Positions 1 through 11,151 of a DNA stretch of 64,000 nt are shown piece by piece. The DNA is from Daphnia carinata (Eukaryota), in contig NC_081332.1 in the NCBI RefSeq assembly GCF_022539665.2, forward strand, positions 6,076,001-6,140,000. The letters run 5' to 3'. The translations under genes and the position numbers were made by a program. Each line of letters opens with the position of its first letter. Positions within the stretch are counted from its first letter, which is position 1. The notes under the pieces were generated by a model that was given only the letters and a program-made list of their open reading frames with translations, had not been told where the DNA came from and ran no database searches.

Positions 1-923
1 CTTTACGTTACGATGGACAAAATGATTTTGATGAAGGTAGTCAAGTCCCCTGGTTGCCTGGAATAAGATTCCTTTTACCGTTAGGGATGATAAAATGGCC
101 GTTTTCAACGGAACATTTACGGACTTTTGTTCAAAGATATCAGCAATAGAGCACAAGCACAGCTCTGTGGCAATATACCTATGTAAGAAATTGGGGTTTA
201 CCATCAGCAATAGAAATAAAAGAAACGTATTTGCCTTACACAAAATCGTTTGTTTCATCCGTTTCATAGCAGAAATAGCGAATAAAGTTTTCGTGAATAT
301 TCAATTCACGTAGAATACGAAATTCACGTTCAATTTTAGACAACAAATCTTCCCTGATTAGTTTTTTCTCGATGGCTACTGGAATGTCGTACTCGTGAAA
401 ACCTTGGAAAATTCGACGTCGATTGGACGATGTTTGTCTTGGAGAGTTCAAAAATATTTTGGGCTCGCACTTCCGGAGTCCTTCATTGTTCACCAACCAC
501 TTGCAGTCGTAGCTCAGTTTGCCACGATTTCGTACCCAAGCTCTACCTGTAAACTCCACCATTTTGGGACGTACGTATTATGTATTATTAGCAATGTAAT
601 GTCGTATTGTCTGTTAGTTAATTGGGGTGACCTACCTTTAAACCTATCACTTTTGGAAACCACACCCAGTGATTTAGCTCTCCGAATCGCCTCTCGAATT
701 TTGCTAAACGTTTAAGTTCACACCAAGTGCATAGAGCATCAAAATATAGCCTATTTAAAAGACTTAATTTGCTTCTTATATACCTGTAAACATCATTGTT
801 GGTGTTAAGAGAAATCCTGATTTGACAAGAAGTTGGCTCATCTTGCTCTGGTAATCCGTCTTCAGCCAGTCCAGCACTGGATGAACCATCACCACCATTT
901 TCCTGACGATTATCTGGTTTCAT
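1..923 (-). CDS. IRE1/RNase L-like pseudokinase(-caspase) gene, paralog A; 5' part only, continues off the left edge
   Basis: Closely similar to 4050-5076. Exons 923-784, 703-~634, ~546-243 and ~178-1 splice in frame at GT-AG sites. Peptides RIFQGFHEYDIPVAIEKK, HENFIRYFCYE, YIATELCLCS and VHRNVK at the window edge. A caspase domain is only inferred from paralog B. Confidence 0.8.
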
Positions 924-1461
924 TTTAGTTCCCTAAGATTGAAACACTCGAAGATGGGCTGATATTAACTAACAGCGACAGAGACATTTTGCTAAACTAT
1001 CGCTAAGTAATGCAACAAGAAAATGATTGAGCGGTCATTGAAAAAACTCTAAAGCGAATGAGCTTATCACAGCGTCCATGGAGATAGCGCGGAAATAAAA
1101 CGGATTTTAAATATCTGGTCTTATCACAAGTGTGACGAAATAATTGTGGTGATGCAAGTAGTTTGAAATGTAGCTCGCAAAGCAAAATAACAATTCAAAA
1201 TGTTTAATTGCATACAACTAGGGCATAAAAGAAAATGTAATGAACCGAGTTTTTCGCTTGTGTTTCCAACTATCGAAACGGCAAGCCAATCTATATTTTC
1301 TGTTCTTACGTTTCGCTGAAAGCTTCATGTTTTCTTAAATGACCGACGATAAAATGATTTTGAAAAAACAAGAAATTGAAGTTAGGAATCAAATGGAACA
1401 AATATCCATTGTATCTTTGCCCACTTTGCCGGCTTTCGATTGTGTCCCTCTTGGTATCGAA

Positions 1462-1580
1462 ATGGAACGCCGGATGGATCGGATAATGGATCGTAGGAAG
1501 ATACTGGGGAAAGGTGCCACGAGCAGATCAACTTTAGGTTTCTTTTGAAATTAAAAAGAGCAATCACGAGGACAGCAGGG
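1462..1580 (+). pseudogene. possible degenerate kinase N-lobe fragment
   Basis: ORF 1339..1548 ends in DRRKILGKGATSRSTLGFF*, which resembles a kinase Gly-rich loop (LGxG). A RAITR stretch follows in another frame. No further kinase motifs downstream. Confidence 0.2.
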
Positions 1581-2322
1581 ATGCGCTAATAATATTTTGC
1601 GACAGTACTAATTTCTAAACAGCAGGCAAAGAATAAGGCTATTTATAGTCTATTAAATGTCACTACGTAACCCTCATAGTAAAAAGATAATGGAAAACAT
1701 AATTTTAGTGCTATACAATGGATATTTCACATTTGTTCTAATATGCTGCCAGTTAACCCAACCCGTTGTTATTTAACGTGCATTGTAGTTCACAAATAGG
1801 CTACTGTATTGCGAATTTCTATTTAATGCTTGATGCTTAGCGCTCTTGATGCATAGCATTTAACTTGAAACCGTTGTTAAGAAATTGAAACCTATTTTCA
1901 GGTGAGAAATGGGCTGTGAGTTAATCACGGGTCAAATTAAGTTTACAGATAAAAGTACTGCTGTTATGATAACGCCCAGTCGACTCACGTCACGAAAATA
2001 GAGCCGAAATTCCCAAATTAGCTGCTTTGGTGATTGCATCATCAACCGAATTGCGTATAGGTATGGCGGTCGTAATTTTGAAACATAATTTTGGTTTTCT
2101 TTAATTTGATGAATTGGGGAAAAAGACCATCACGTCTATTTGCTTCTTACTTTGCGTTCCATTTTGCCTATTTAATAAATTTCATTTCCAACAAGGTCGC
2201 TATATCTGTCTTTATTGTTTCTCCTAGAATGTTGATGTTAAACAATAGTGTCACTACATATTTGGATAAAATTTACTTTTCAATGACAAGAATAGTTAAA
2301 CTTGAATTTCAAGCGGATTCCT

Positions 2323-5076
2323 CTACCGAGCGCTATTGTTAACGAAGAAATTGTTTCGTTCTGCGAGTCGGCGATTGCTGGATTCACTGTCGTTATCTTT
2401 TGCATCGTCATCAGTAAAGACTATCTGGTTGCTGCGCCTGAACACGATGTATTTCCTGAGGTAGGTTTCGCACGAAATCGTTTGCCTATATTCTTTGTTC
2501 TGTATCTTGTTGTTCATGGTGGACTGAACACCGTTCTCTCCTCTCAAAATCCCCTCCAGGTCCCGAATGTTCTTGTCATCCGGCAACAAGCCATCACACG
2601 CACTGATTAAATACTCTTCTTCCATTTTCTGACACAAGGCTTGAATGAAATAGGTTCCTTGTATCGCGTCAGAAAGACGACGCGATAATATATTTAGAAA
2701 TAATTTAGAAACGTTTGATTCGATTATTTCGTGAGAATCATCTATAGAACACTTACCTGTACAGGCATTCCTTAAGGAAACGAATCCCGGAATAGTTGAT
2801 TTAATGGTCATAAAATCCATGATAGGTGGATTCCGATTGAGCTTGTGTTCTTTGACGTTGAAGGATTTAAAGCAATTGGACATGTATTTGATAGCAGCGG
2901 ATGCAGGACTCAGCTGCACGGTCGATTCTTTGTTTCCTTCGGCGCTGTCTATAAGTAAAAATTAAAAAAATATATATTGTTATCCTAAATACATCACCAG
3001 ATTTGAATACTAGCTACGATAAATTGCATTTCCGTCCTTAACTGTACTACAGTGAGTAGACTATGTAAAATACCTGATCCTGGGAAGGTTAGTGGTACGA
3101 CCTGTGTTTGACTCTGTTCCAGATCTCCTTGGCAAGCTTGTACGATGAAAATTTTCGGTTTGCCGTACAGGCTAGGACAAAAGTTATAAGAAAACTTGTA
3201 CTTGAGCTTGTTAGTGTTGACATAATGCCCGTCAAAGCCGGCAATAGCGTTCTCTATGCCGTGGGACAAGAGGCAAACAACTAGGCAGCCATATTGCGAG
3301 AAATTTCTAGCTGCCAGTTTTGTCATCTCGCCTTTGATATCGTACGACATTAAATCGTGATGAACGTCAACATCAAAACCCAATTTCAAGAAAATGCGTT
3401 TTAAGCTTTTCCAATCATGCTCGCTTCCAGCCCGATGTGGAAGCTATGGTAAAAAAAAAATTTGATGTTTTAAAATTCGTCGTCCAAGGTGAAAATGAAT
3501 TATTAAGGACCAATGTTTTACCGTGGAGAAATATTCCTGGTTAAAAATAACGCAAAGGCCTGGCTTATTAGAATCGTATATCGGATAGTGTTCCTTGATT
3601 GGTGGCCGGAAATATTCATGATCGAGTACTTGCGATAGGCTTGGCCGCTGTTTTTCATCGAACTGGATCATTTGCTTGATCAAAGCTATCGCAGTTTCAT
3701 TCGGTAGTCCTGATGGCTGCCATTTTTCTTTGTACACAAAGTATTTCGAATTGGGAATGTTCATGAGGCGTGCGCCTTCACTATTACCAAACGGATGAGA
3801 TGGCGTGGCATCCACATCGTCTGTTCCAGCCAAGATGTAGTAATAGAAACAACCGAGAATAAACACATCCAAGGACTGATGAAGTGGCTGATTCTTGCGT
3901 CGGCTCTCCGGGGATTCCCACCCTTCCGATGCCACAGTTCCAGACAAGTCCTTATCAGGATCAAGCATTCTGCTCAACCGGAAATCTGTTATTTTGATTG
4001 CGTAACGAACCGAGCCACTGCCCGACTGTACTTCCTTCACAAGGAAACTGCTCGGCTTTACGTTACGATGGACAAAATGATTTTGATGAAGGTAGGCAAG
4101 TCCTCTGGTTGCCTGGAACAAGATTCCTTTGGCCGTTAGCGATGATAAAATGGCTGTTTTCAACGGAACATTTACGGATTTTTGTTCAAAGATATCAGCA
4201 ATAGAGCACAAGCACAGCTCGGTCGCAATATACCTATGTAACAAATTGGGGTTTACCATCAGCAATAGAAATAAATGAAACTTATTTGCCTTACACGAAA
4301 TCGTTTCTTTCATCCGTTTCATAGCTGAAATAGCGAATAAAGTTTTCGTGACTATCCAATTCGCGTAGAATGCGAAATTCACGTTCTATTTCAGTGATCA
4401 AATCGGCCGTCATTTCTGTTCTTTCGATGGCTACTGGAATGTCGTACTCGTGAAAACCTTGGAAAATTCGACGTCGATTGGACGATGCTTGTCTTGGAGA
4501 GTTCAAAAATATTTTGGGCTCGCACTTCCGGCATCCTTTATCGTTCGTCAACCACTTGCAGTCGTAGCTCAGTTTGCCACCATTTCGTACCCAAGCTCTA
4601 CCTGTAAACTCCGTCATTACAAAAGTAGTATGTATTATTAGCAATATAATGTCGTATAGTGTGTTAGTTAATTGGGCTGGTCTACGTATAAACGTACCAC
4701 TTTTGGAAACAATTTCATTGGGAAGAATTTTGAGCTCTGTCACACCCAGCGATGGATCTTGCTGAATCGCCTGCCAAATTTGGCTAAACGTTTAAGTTCA
4801 CGCCAAGTGCGTACAACATCAAAATACAGAATCGCGTATTTAAAAAACTTAAGAGCTTCTTAATGTATACCTGTAAACATCGTCGTGGTTGTTAAGAGAA
4901 ATACGGATTTCACGAGAAGTTAACTCATTTTGTTCTGGTAATCCGCCCTCGGCCAGTCCAGCGCTGGATGAACCATCCTCACTATTTTCTTCACGGTGAC
5001 GGGCACCTAGTTCCAGATGCCCTAAAATTGGAACACTTGAAGATGGGCTAATATTCACTAACAGCGACAGTGACAT
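2323..5076 (-). CDS. IRE1/RNase L-like pseudokinase fused to a caspase (peptidase C14), paralog B, about 735 aa
   Basis: Exons 5076-4871, 4783-4698, 4601-4295, 4233-3522, 3443-3074, 2948-2757 and 2657-2323 total 2208 nt, with all phases compatible. Kinase motifs: VAIER, HENFIRYF, YIATELC, GLAYLH, HRNVKPSS, KITDFR, GWESPE, DVFILGC, HPFG. Caspase motifs: PGLCVIFN, HRAGS, LGFDV, LLSHG, KPKIFIVQACQG, GFVSLRN/GTYFIQALC. Confidence 0.9.
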
Positions 5077-5805
5077 TTTGCCCAGCTATCACTAAGTACT
5101 GCAACAAGAAAATAGTTCTAATGGAGATTTAAGAAACTGATTACAAATCTGAGCTTATCATCGGAACGCTGGCGTCCATGGAGATGGGGAAGCGCGCGAT
5201 AAAAAGCCTTAAATTATCTTATTACAAATGTGAAGAAATGATGTGGTAATACAAGTAGCCCGAAATATAGCTCGCAAAGCTAAGTAATAATTCAAAATGT
5301 TTAGTTGCATACAAACGAGGACATAAAAGAAAATGTAATGAAGTTTTCGCTTAGGTTGCCATAGTAAAAAAAAGTGGGTCTGGTAAAAAGGGCGACGCAA
5401 AATTTCTACACTGCCAAACAGCTGTAGGTTTTCCATTCTTGTTCTATTTACTGGAAAAATATAAGTATAAAATCCCAGGCCATAGTTGCGAGGCCCCTCT
5501 CGCCAACACATACAATGTAAGTTGCACGTAACAAATTTCAGTAAATAAGATGACTACAGTTTTACCAAAGTTATCCGACATTACATTTTGGGTTGGGTCG
5601 CTTATCATTCTATTGCGTCGCAATGTAGGATGAGTTCGTCTGATTGCATTCTCTACATACAATTTTCCACAGTGTGGCTTTCTTCTCTCTCATCTTCGCA
5701 CTGACGGCGCAAAAAGTGTACTAATTTTTTAGTCTGCAGATTTCTGAGTTTCTTAACCCAAAGACACTAGTGTTTACTTTAAAGAATATCTTTATTAAAA
5801 TTCAG

Positions 5806-6656
5806 ATGAGGATTCCAAGCATCAAAATGATTCCAACTTCAACAATCTTGTGGGTTTGCCTTGTCGGGCTGCATTTTCACCTTGTCAGCGCTTTGCAAGA
5901 GGTAAATGTGTTGGAACTTCATTCTACATTTTAATTGGGCATTTTTTTGTGCCATAAAAATTTTAGATTTTTTTCTTGCATAAGTCTAGATTCAAGCTGA
6001 ATTCGAAATCGCCCTTAAATTCTTCTTGAATCTATTCTTAAGCTGATGTTCGTGAAATTCGTTTCGTCATGGGTCAAAAAAGACTGCGACGAAAAGAATT
6101 AGAAAAAAAGTGATTTATATTCTTGTTTTACAAAAAAAAATCATGTAACTTTTAATACTAATAGTTGTAATTATTTACTTATTGGTTGCGTTTCAAAAGT
6201 GTCAAATAGATTCCGATTGTTCTTCGCCTGATGTCTACTGCTTGGATGGCTACTGTGACGGACATTGCATCCCTTGCGAAAACTTTCTACGACAACCCCC
6301 TTATTTAGGTGGATGTGCTAAAAATAAGGAGGACTGCGGCTCGTGTGTCCCAGGGTAAGCGTTCGACTTGCATCTCCCAATAACACCAGAAGATAACCAA
6401 CTGACATCCAACAAATATTTCATTTATTTCCAGAGCTGCCCCAGAGGAGCATGTAGGATTCCAACACTCCTTTCGATGTGAAATGATACATGAGTCTGCT
6501 CCCATTGATTCTGGTATGATACCGCAATGGTTTGCTTGGACGGCTACCGGCTTGGCATCCGTCCTTTTTATATGGGTCGTCTTTAGGTGCATTCGTCGTA
6601 TCCGTCGCATTCGTCGCACGAAAAAATCTAATTCAGAACAACAATTGTTACCTTAG
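5806..6656 (+). CDS. small type I membrane protein with a Cys-rich ectodomain (TNF-receptor-like), about 157 aa
   Basis: Not in the ORF track. Exons 5806-5901, 6200-6354 and 6434-6656 join in frame (474 nt). Signal peptide (ILWVCLVGLHFHLVSA), ectodomain CQIDSDCSSPDVYCLDGYCDGHCIPCENFLRQPPYLGGCAKNKEDCGSCVPG, TM helix WFAWTATGLASVLFIWVVF, basic stop-transfer RCIRRIRRIRR. The TNFR-like label is inference from Cys spacing. Confidence 0.7.
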
Positions 6657-7108
6657 CCATATACGACCATGCAGATATTATCATCACCATTGACTAATAA
6701 ATTACCCTGTGCCGAAATGAAACGGAGGAACTAACGGAAAGAATAGAAGTGATTATCTTCGCCACCAGTCCCGTGTACTAGACAAAGGGCTCAGTGTCAA
6801 AAACGAACTGCCACTCCTACCACCTACTTTGGCAGCTTCCGTTGATGTTCCTTGTACAGTGAACATGTATCGACAAGACAAGGAAAATGAATCGGAGGAT
6901 TTCACCGAAGGAAGGCACAGTGAAAAAAACTAAAATTCGAGACCAACCAAATAAAAGCACTGTGGCTTCGTCCGAGAGTAAAGAATAAATAAACGTGCAA
7001 CTATGTAAATTTTTTCTCAAATTTTGTATTCAATTCAAACAGTTATTCCGTTGTTTGCCATAATTTCAAGCAGTAAACGTAGTTGAAGAAGACGACCTTC
7101 CTTTTTTT

Positions 7109-8533
7109 CTATCTCTTACAGATAAAAGGTAGCATCCAGTCGTCAGCTGACAGGATGTCTCTGTCAAGTATTTGCCAGCAACTGCGACCGATACGGTGGC
7201 CAGTAAAATCCAGAATGACGTGAGCCCAGCGCCTGTCGCAGGGATTAAGATTAGACGCTCCGAATGTTTGAGCTTTCAATAAGGATAAAGCCTGGTCGAT
7301 CACCAAGTGGACATCTTTCGATTCTGGACAGAAATTCCAGTAGGATGAGGCTTCCATTGGTTTCGGATGATCAACCCAGCGCAGTTCATACGGTAAATGG
7401 GATTCCAAATCAAAATAACCACCTGTCCACATGTATCGCGAATATTCTTCGGTGTACCCAAATATGTCTTTCTGATGGGATTTCACGTAAGCGTCGACGA
7501 TTCGTTCTTCATGCCCTGCTTCGATCGAAAGTAAACGCGATCCTTGGCCGATCTGACGGCAAATTTCTACGCTTTTTGCGTAACTGACGGGCTCCCTGAA
7601 GAACTCGTAACTATACTGGGTTGACACTTTCTCTGCGGTGAGTAATGGCCGAAGGGGACGCTTGTTCTTTGAAAACACAAAATTGGGAAACGGAGCTGGT
7701 CTCTTTATAACTGCTGTCACAATCGGTGAAGATAAAACTGCAGTGTTAACTATTTCATCAGCACTGAACGGGAGGACTGTTGTCTGCTGAATTAAGTCGT
7801 TTGAAACATCATCGTACCTCTCAAGAGTCGAACTTATTTCTGGTGTTACTTCCGCTTCAACCTCGAAACTAGGTAACGTAACTGTTGTAGCAAGAGTTCC
7901 AACAGTTGTTTGTTCCGTTTGAAATGTGACTCTTGGAGTGTCGTGTAACAAAACAACTTCATCAATAATCGGATTGGCAACAGCAGATTCATTAGCTGAA
8001 ACAACGACGTCGTTTCTCGTAGTTTCGTTGAGTTGTGGCTCCATCGTAGTGGCCACTGCAGTTTTACTGTCCATAGGGAGAGGAGCAACATCTTCGTGAT
8101 TTGGAACCGTGTACGCAGATCGGTCTTCAGATGAAAGAGCACGTAGGACATCAAAGATAACCTTCGTGAATAATCGATAACGTTCTATTTCGGTCAGTCT
8201 GTCATTAGGAATTCTGATCCTCACAGGTGCGAATTCTTCATCGTCGATGCTGGTATCGTCAGGTGTCAACTGATGTTCGTTCCCTAACCTGGTAACAAAT
8301 CTAGTATCGAATGAGTTAGTTGATGTGCTCTTTATCAGCTCAGGAGGGATAGTGTTTCCGGTATGTTCATCGTTAAGTTGTGTGGTCTTGTCAAATATAT
8401 GGCTGGTTTCATTATCGCCAAGCAATATGGGCACAGCCACCCTGAACGTGAGAGAGAGCATAACGACAAATACGAGTGTCCCAATGATCCAGGCAAAAAC
8501 AGGAAGGCACGATCTTTCGTTAGTATCTCCCAT
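7109..8533 (-). CDS. type II membrane C-type lectin-domain protein with a Thr/Ser-rich stalk, intronless
   Basis: Single ORF, first ATG at 8533. N-terminal TM helix (LPVFAWIIGTLVFVVMLSLTF), T/S/P/V-rich stalk, and a C-terminal CTLD pattern YEFFREPVSYAKSVEIC...LLSIE...E...WTGG...RW...YWNF...C...W...PFICKR. Confidence 0.8.
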   Translation of the reverse strand: MGDTNERSCLPVFAWIIGTLVFVVMLSLTFRVAVPILLGDNETSHIFDKTTQLNDEHTGNTIPPELIKSTSTNSFDTRFVTRLGNEHQLTPDDTSIDDEEFAPVRIRIPNDRLTEIERYRLFTKVIFDVLRALSSEDRSAYTVPNHEDVAPLPMDSKTAVATTMEPQLNETTRNDVVVSANESAVANPIIDEVVLLHDTPRVTFQTEQTTVGTLATTVTLPSFEVEAEVTPEISSTLERYDDVSNDLIQQTTVLPFSADEIVNTAVLSSPIVTAVIKRPAPFPNFVFSKNKRPLRPLLTAEKVSTQYSYEFFREPVSYAKSVEICRQIGQGSRLLSIEAGHEERIVDAYVKSHQKDIFGYTEEYSRYMWTGGYFDLESHLPYELRWVDHPKPMEASSYWNFCPESKDVHLVIDQALSLLKAQTFGASNLNPCDRRWAHVILDFTGHRIGRSCWQILDRDILSADDWMLPFICKR

Positions 8534-9063
8534 TTTTCCTTTCTTTTGTTTCAAAATAGAAATGTCAGCACATTAGGTATTGCTGGCAATGTTGTCTTCG
8601 TACCTTACACTTTGTCTGTTGAGATGGCGATCGTGTTTAATGTACTATTCAATCAAATTTGATATTTGCCATTATAACACCAGTATTCATTTCGTTTTCA
8701 GTTTTTGGCATTAAATATAAAAAACATTGTTCTGCAAGTGTTAAATAAACAATATTATTTTTTGTTGCTTCTTTTTCCAAATGTAGTAAACAGTACTGTT
8801 TATGACTCGGCTAGGATCGCCGGAAAACGATTCGGTGGTAAAACAAGCTGGAAAAGAAATTTCAACGTGTTTCCCTCATGGAAGAGCCATGCTGTTTTCT
8901 CAGACGCAAAACTAACAAATGGCAACGCTGCTTTGTTTAGGTTCGGATTCTTTCAAAGAAACTATTTCTACCGCCCACCTCGTAATATAATATATGTTCA
9001 CGTTAACAGCAAATTAAATTTTTAAGTTCTATCCAATCGCATTTTTACTAACACTGAAACTAA

Positions 9064-10949
9064 ATGAGTTATTCACATGCCGACGAAATCGACCACACAG
9101 TGCCGTACGAAGGTTTTTATCATTCCTTATACCATTATCTTTTGCATACGTAAATGCGTAACAATAACCTGTGTGCTACGCATTAGATGAAACAGAAGTA
9201 ACGACTCAAAAAGAAAAACCCCGTAATCTGATTGCCTACTGGCTTTTGGGCCTTTGCAACAATTATGCATATGTCATTATGCTGAGTGCTGCCCATGATA
9301 TTCTCAGTGAAGATTTTCAAGGAAATGTAAGTTATTAAAACTCATTTCGTTTAACAGAAAGTTATATGGTTTCTGGATCAAAACAGAGCACAAATCCTAC
9401 ACCAAGTCCAATAGTTAATAATAATTCAAGGGACTGCAACCCAGTTTCAACTGGTGCCATTTTACTTGCAGATGTCCTACCAAGTCTAGCTATGAAGCTT
9501 ACGATGCCTTTTCTCCTAACTCATGTCAGGTATGACAAATGCCACATATAATATAGAGCAAAAAATAACAATATTGCTGCTTTAAGGTTGAGAGTTCTAA
9601 TTGTGATAGCATTGAGCAGTGCAAGTTTTCTGTTGGTTTCATTCAGCACTGCTCAGTGGCAAGCATTTTTGGGTGTTGTGTTTGCCGCAATTAGTGGTGG
9701 ACTTGGGGAGGTTACCTTTCTCCAATATTCATCAAAATATGACAAGTAAAAGTTGAATGCTTATTACATTTGCCACTTTTTTAGTACCTGAATTCTACAG
9801 GAACGTAGTCTCCACCTGGTCATCCGGTACTGGCGGGTCAGGACTTTTTGGGGCATTATCATTTGCTGCTTTAACTACCGCCGGCCTTAGTGCACGAAAG
9901 ACAGTTCTATTGATGTTAGTAGTACCGGCATTAATGGCAATCACGTTTTTCTTCATACTTGACCATGCAAAACGGCGCATAAAATCACGTGACAATAGGT
10001 TTGTGCTAGAGTAATCAGGTAAAAAAAAATCTCTGGTAAAAGTTGGTTTGGTTCTTTTTATTTATCTCTAGTGATTCCGAACCTTTGATAGAAGAGAGTC
10101 AATCTGGTGTTAAGGAGCACACTCCGCCAATCAGTATGCGATCCAAATGTCGAATGCTTCCGCGAATGGCTCGCTTTATTATTCCTTTGGGATTGGTTTA
10201 TCTGTTTGAATATTTTATCAACCAAGGAGTGGTACCTGGAAATGCCCTTATCTTAAAAAAATTTAAATTAACATAAAATAATAACTATTATTTTTCTATT
10301 TGGATCTAGTTTGAGTTGATATATTTCAAAGGCATATGGCTGGATCACCATAGCCAATATAGATGGCTACAAGTGGATTATCAGCTTGGAGTTTTTCTGT
10401 CCCGTTCCTCCGTCAATTTGTTTCGGGTAAACGCCATTTGGCTTTTAGCTGTTTTACAGGTACAAGTATTAAGACTGTTCCTCACAACAGCAACTAAATC
10501 GAAATTTGTAATCTGCAGTTTGTAAATGTGATTCTCCTGACCACCGAAGCAATTTTCTTGTACATTCCTTCCATATGGGTCGTCTTTACAATTGTTTTTT
10601 GGTATGTCGCGATTATAGCCCATTCTAAAAAAAAAAAGTCGTTTTAAAGCAGTCATTATCGTTTTTACAGGGAAGGACTCTTGGCCGGCGCCGCCTATGT
10701 AAATACATTTTATCGGGTAGCCCATGAGGTACAATTTTGAGCAATTTTGCACATCTTATTTTAAAAAGCTCAGCAAATATTATCACTCATGAAAACACAT
10801 TTCAGACCATTCCTCAAGAAAAGGCATTTGCGATGGGAATCACCTCGCTCGCTGGCAGCGTCGGAGTCTCAACCGCTGGAGCCTTGGCTGTTCCCTTCCA
10901 TCAATATCTGTGCTCGCTTCCGCTAATCAATCGCATTAGTAAATGGTGA
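9064..10949 (+). CDS. CLN3: battenin / CLN3 lysosomal membrane protein (multi-exon)
   Basis: Hallmark peptides [92 protein letters not shown]. The ATG at 9064 splices in phase 1 to the exon at ~9187. Confidence 0.93.
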
Positions 10950-11151
10950 ACAAAGCTTTGCTTTTTATGATGTATTGTTCAGCTCTTTTGATGCACGTGA
11001 TAAAAGGCAAATTAATTTGAATTTCATTTATTTTCAAAATGCAGAGCTTTTGTCGTACCGCAATAAAGTCTTTCACCCAGTAATCAAAATGCGTGGCAAA
11101 AATATACCAGTTCAACGGGAGCTACTGAAGACTAGTTATTGGGCGAAGCAA

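Larger units (their letters stand above)
1..5360. repeat. tandem duplication: 1-~1270 is homologous to ~4057-5360
   Basis: Long near-identical stretches at an offset of about 4.06-4.09 kb (e.g. ctttacgttacgatggacaaaatgattttgatgaaggtag at 1 and ~4056). Homology extends into upstream non-coding DNA (aattcaaaatgttt...cataaaagaaaatgtaatgaa). Confidence 0.9.

Noticed and set aside
2323..5076. Calling this gene the canonical IRE1 ortholog
   Set aside because: It has no luminal domain, TM helix or KEN RNase, and the kinase catalytic motifs are degenerate.
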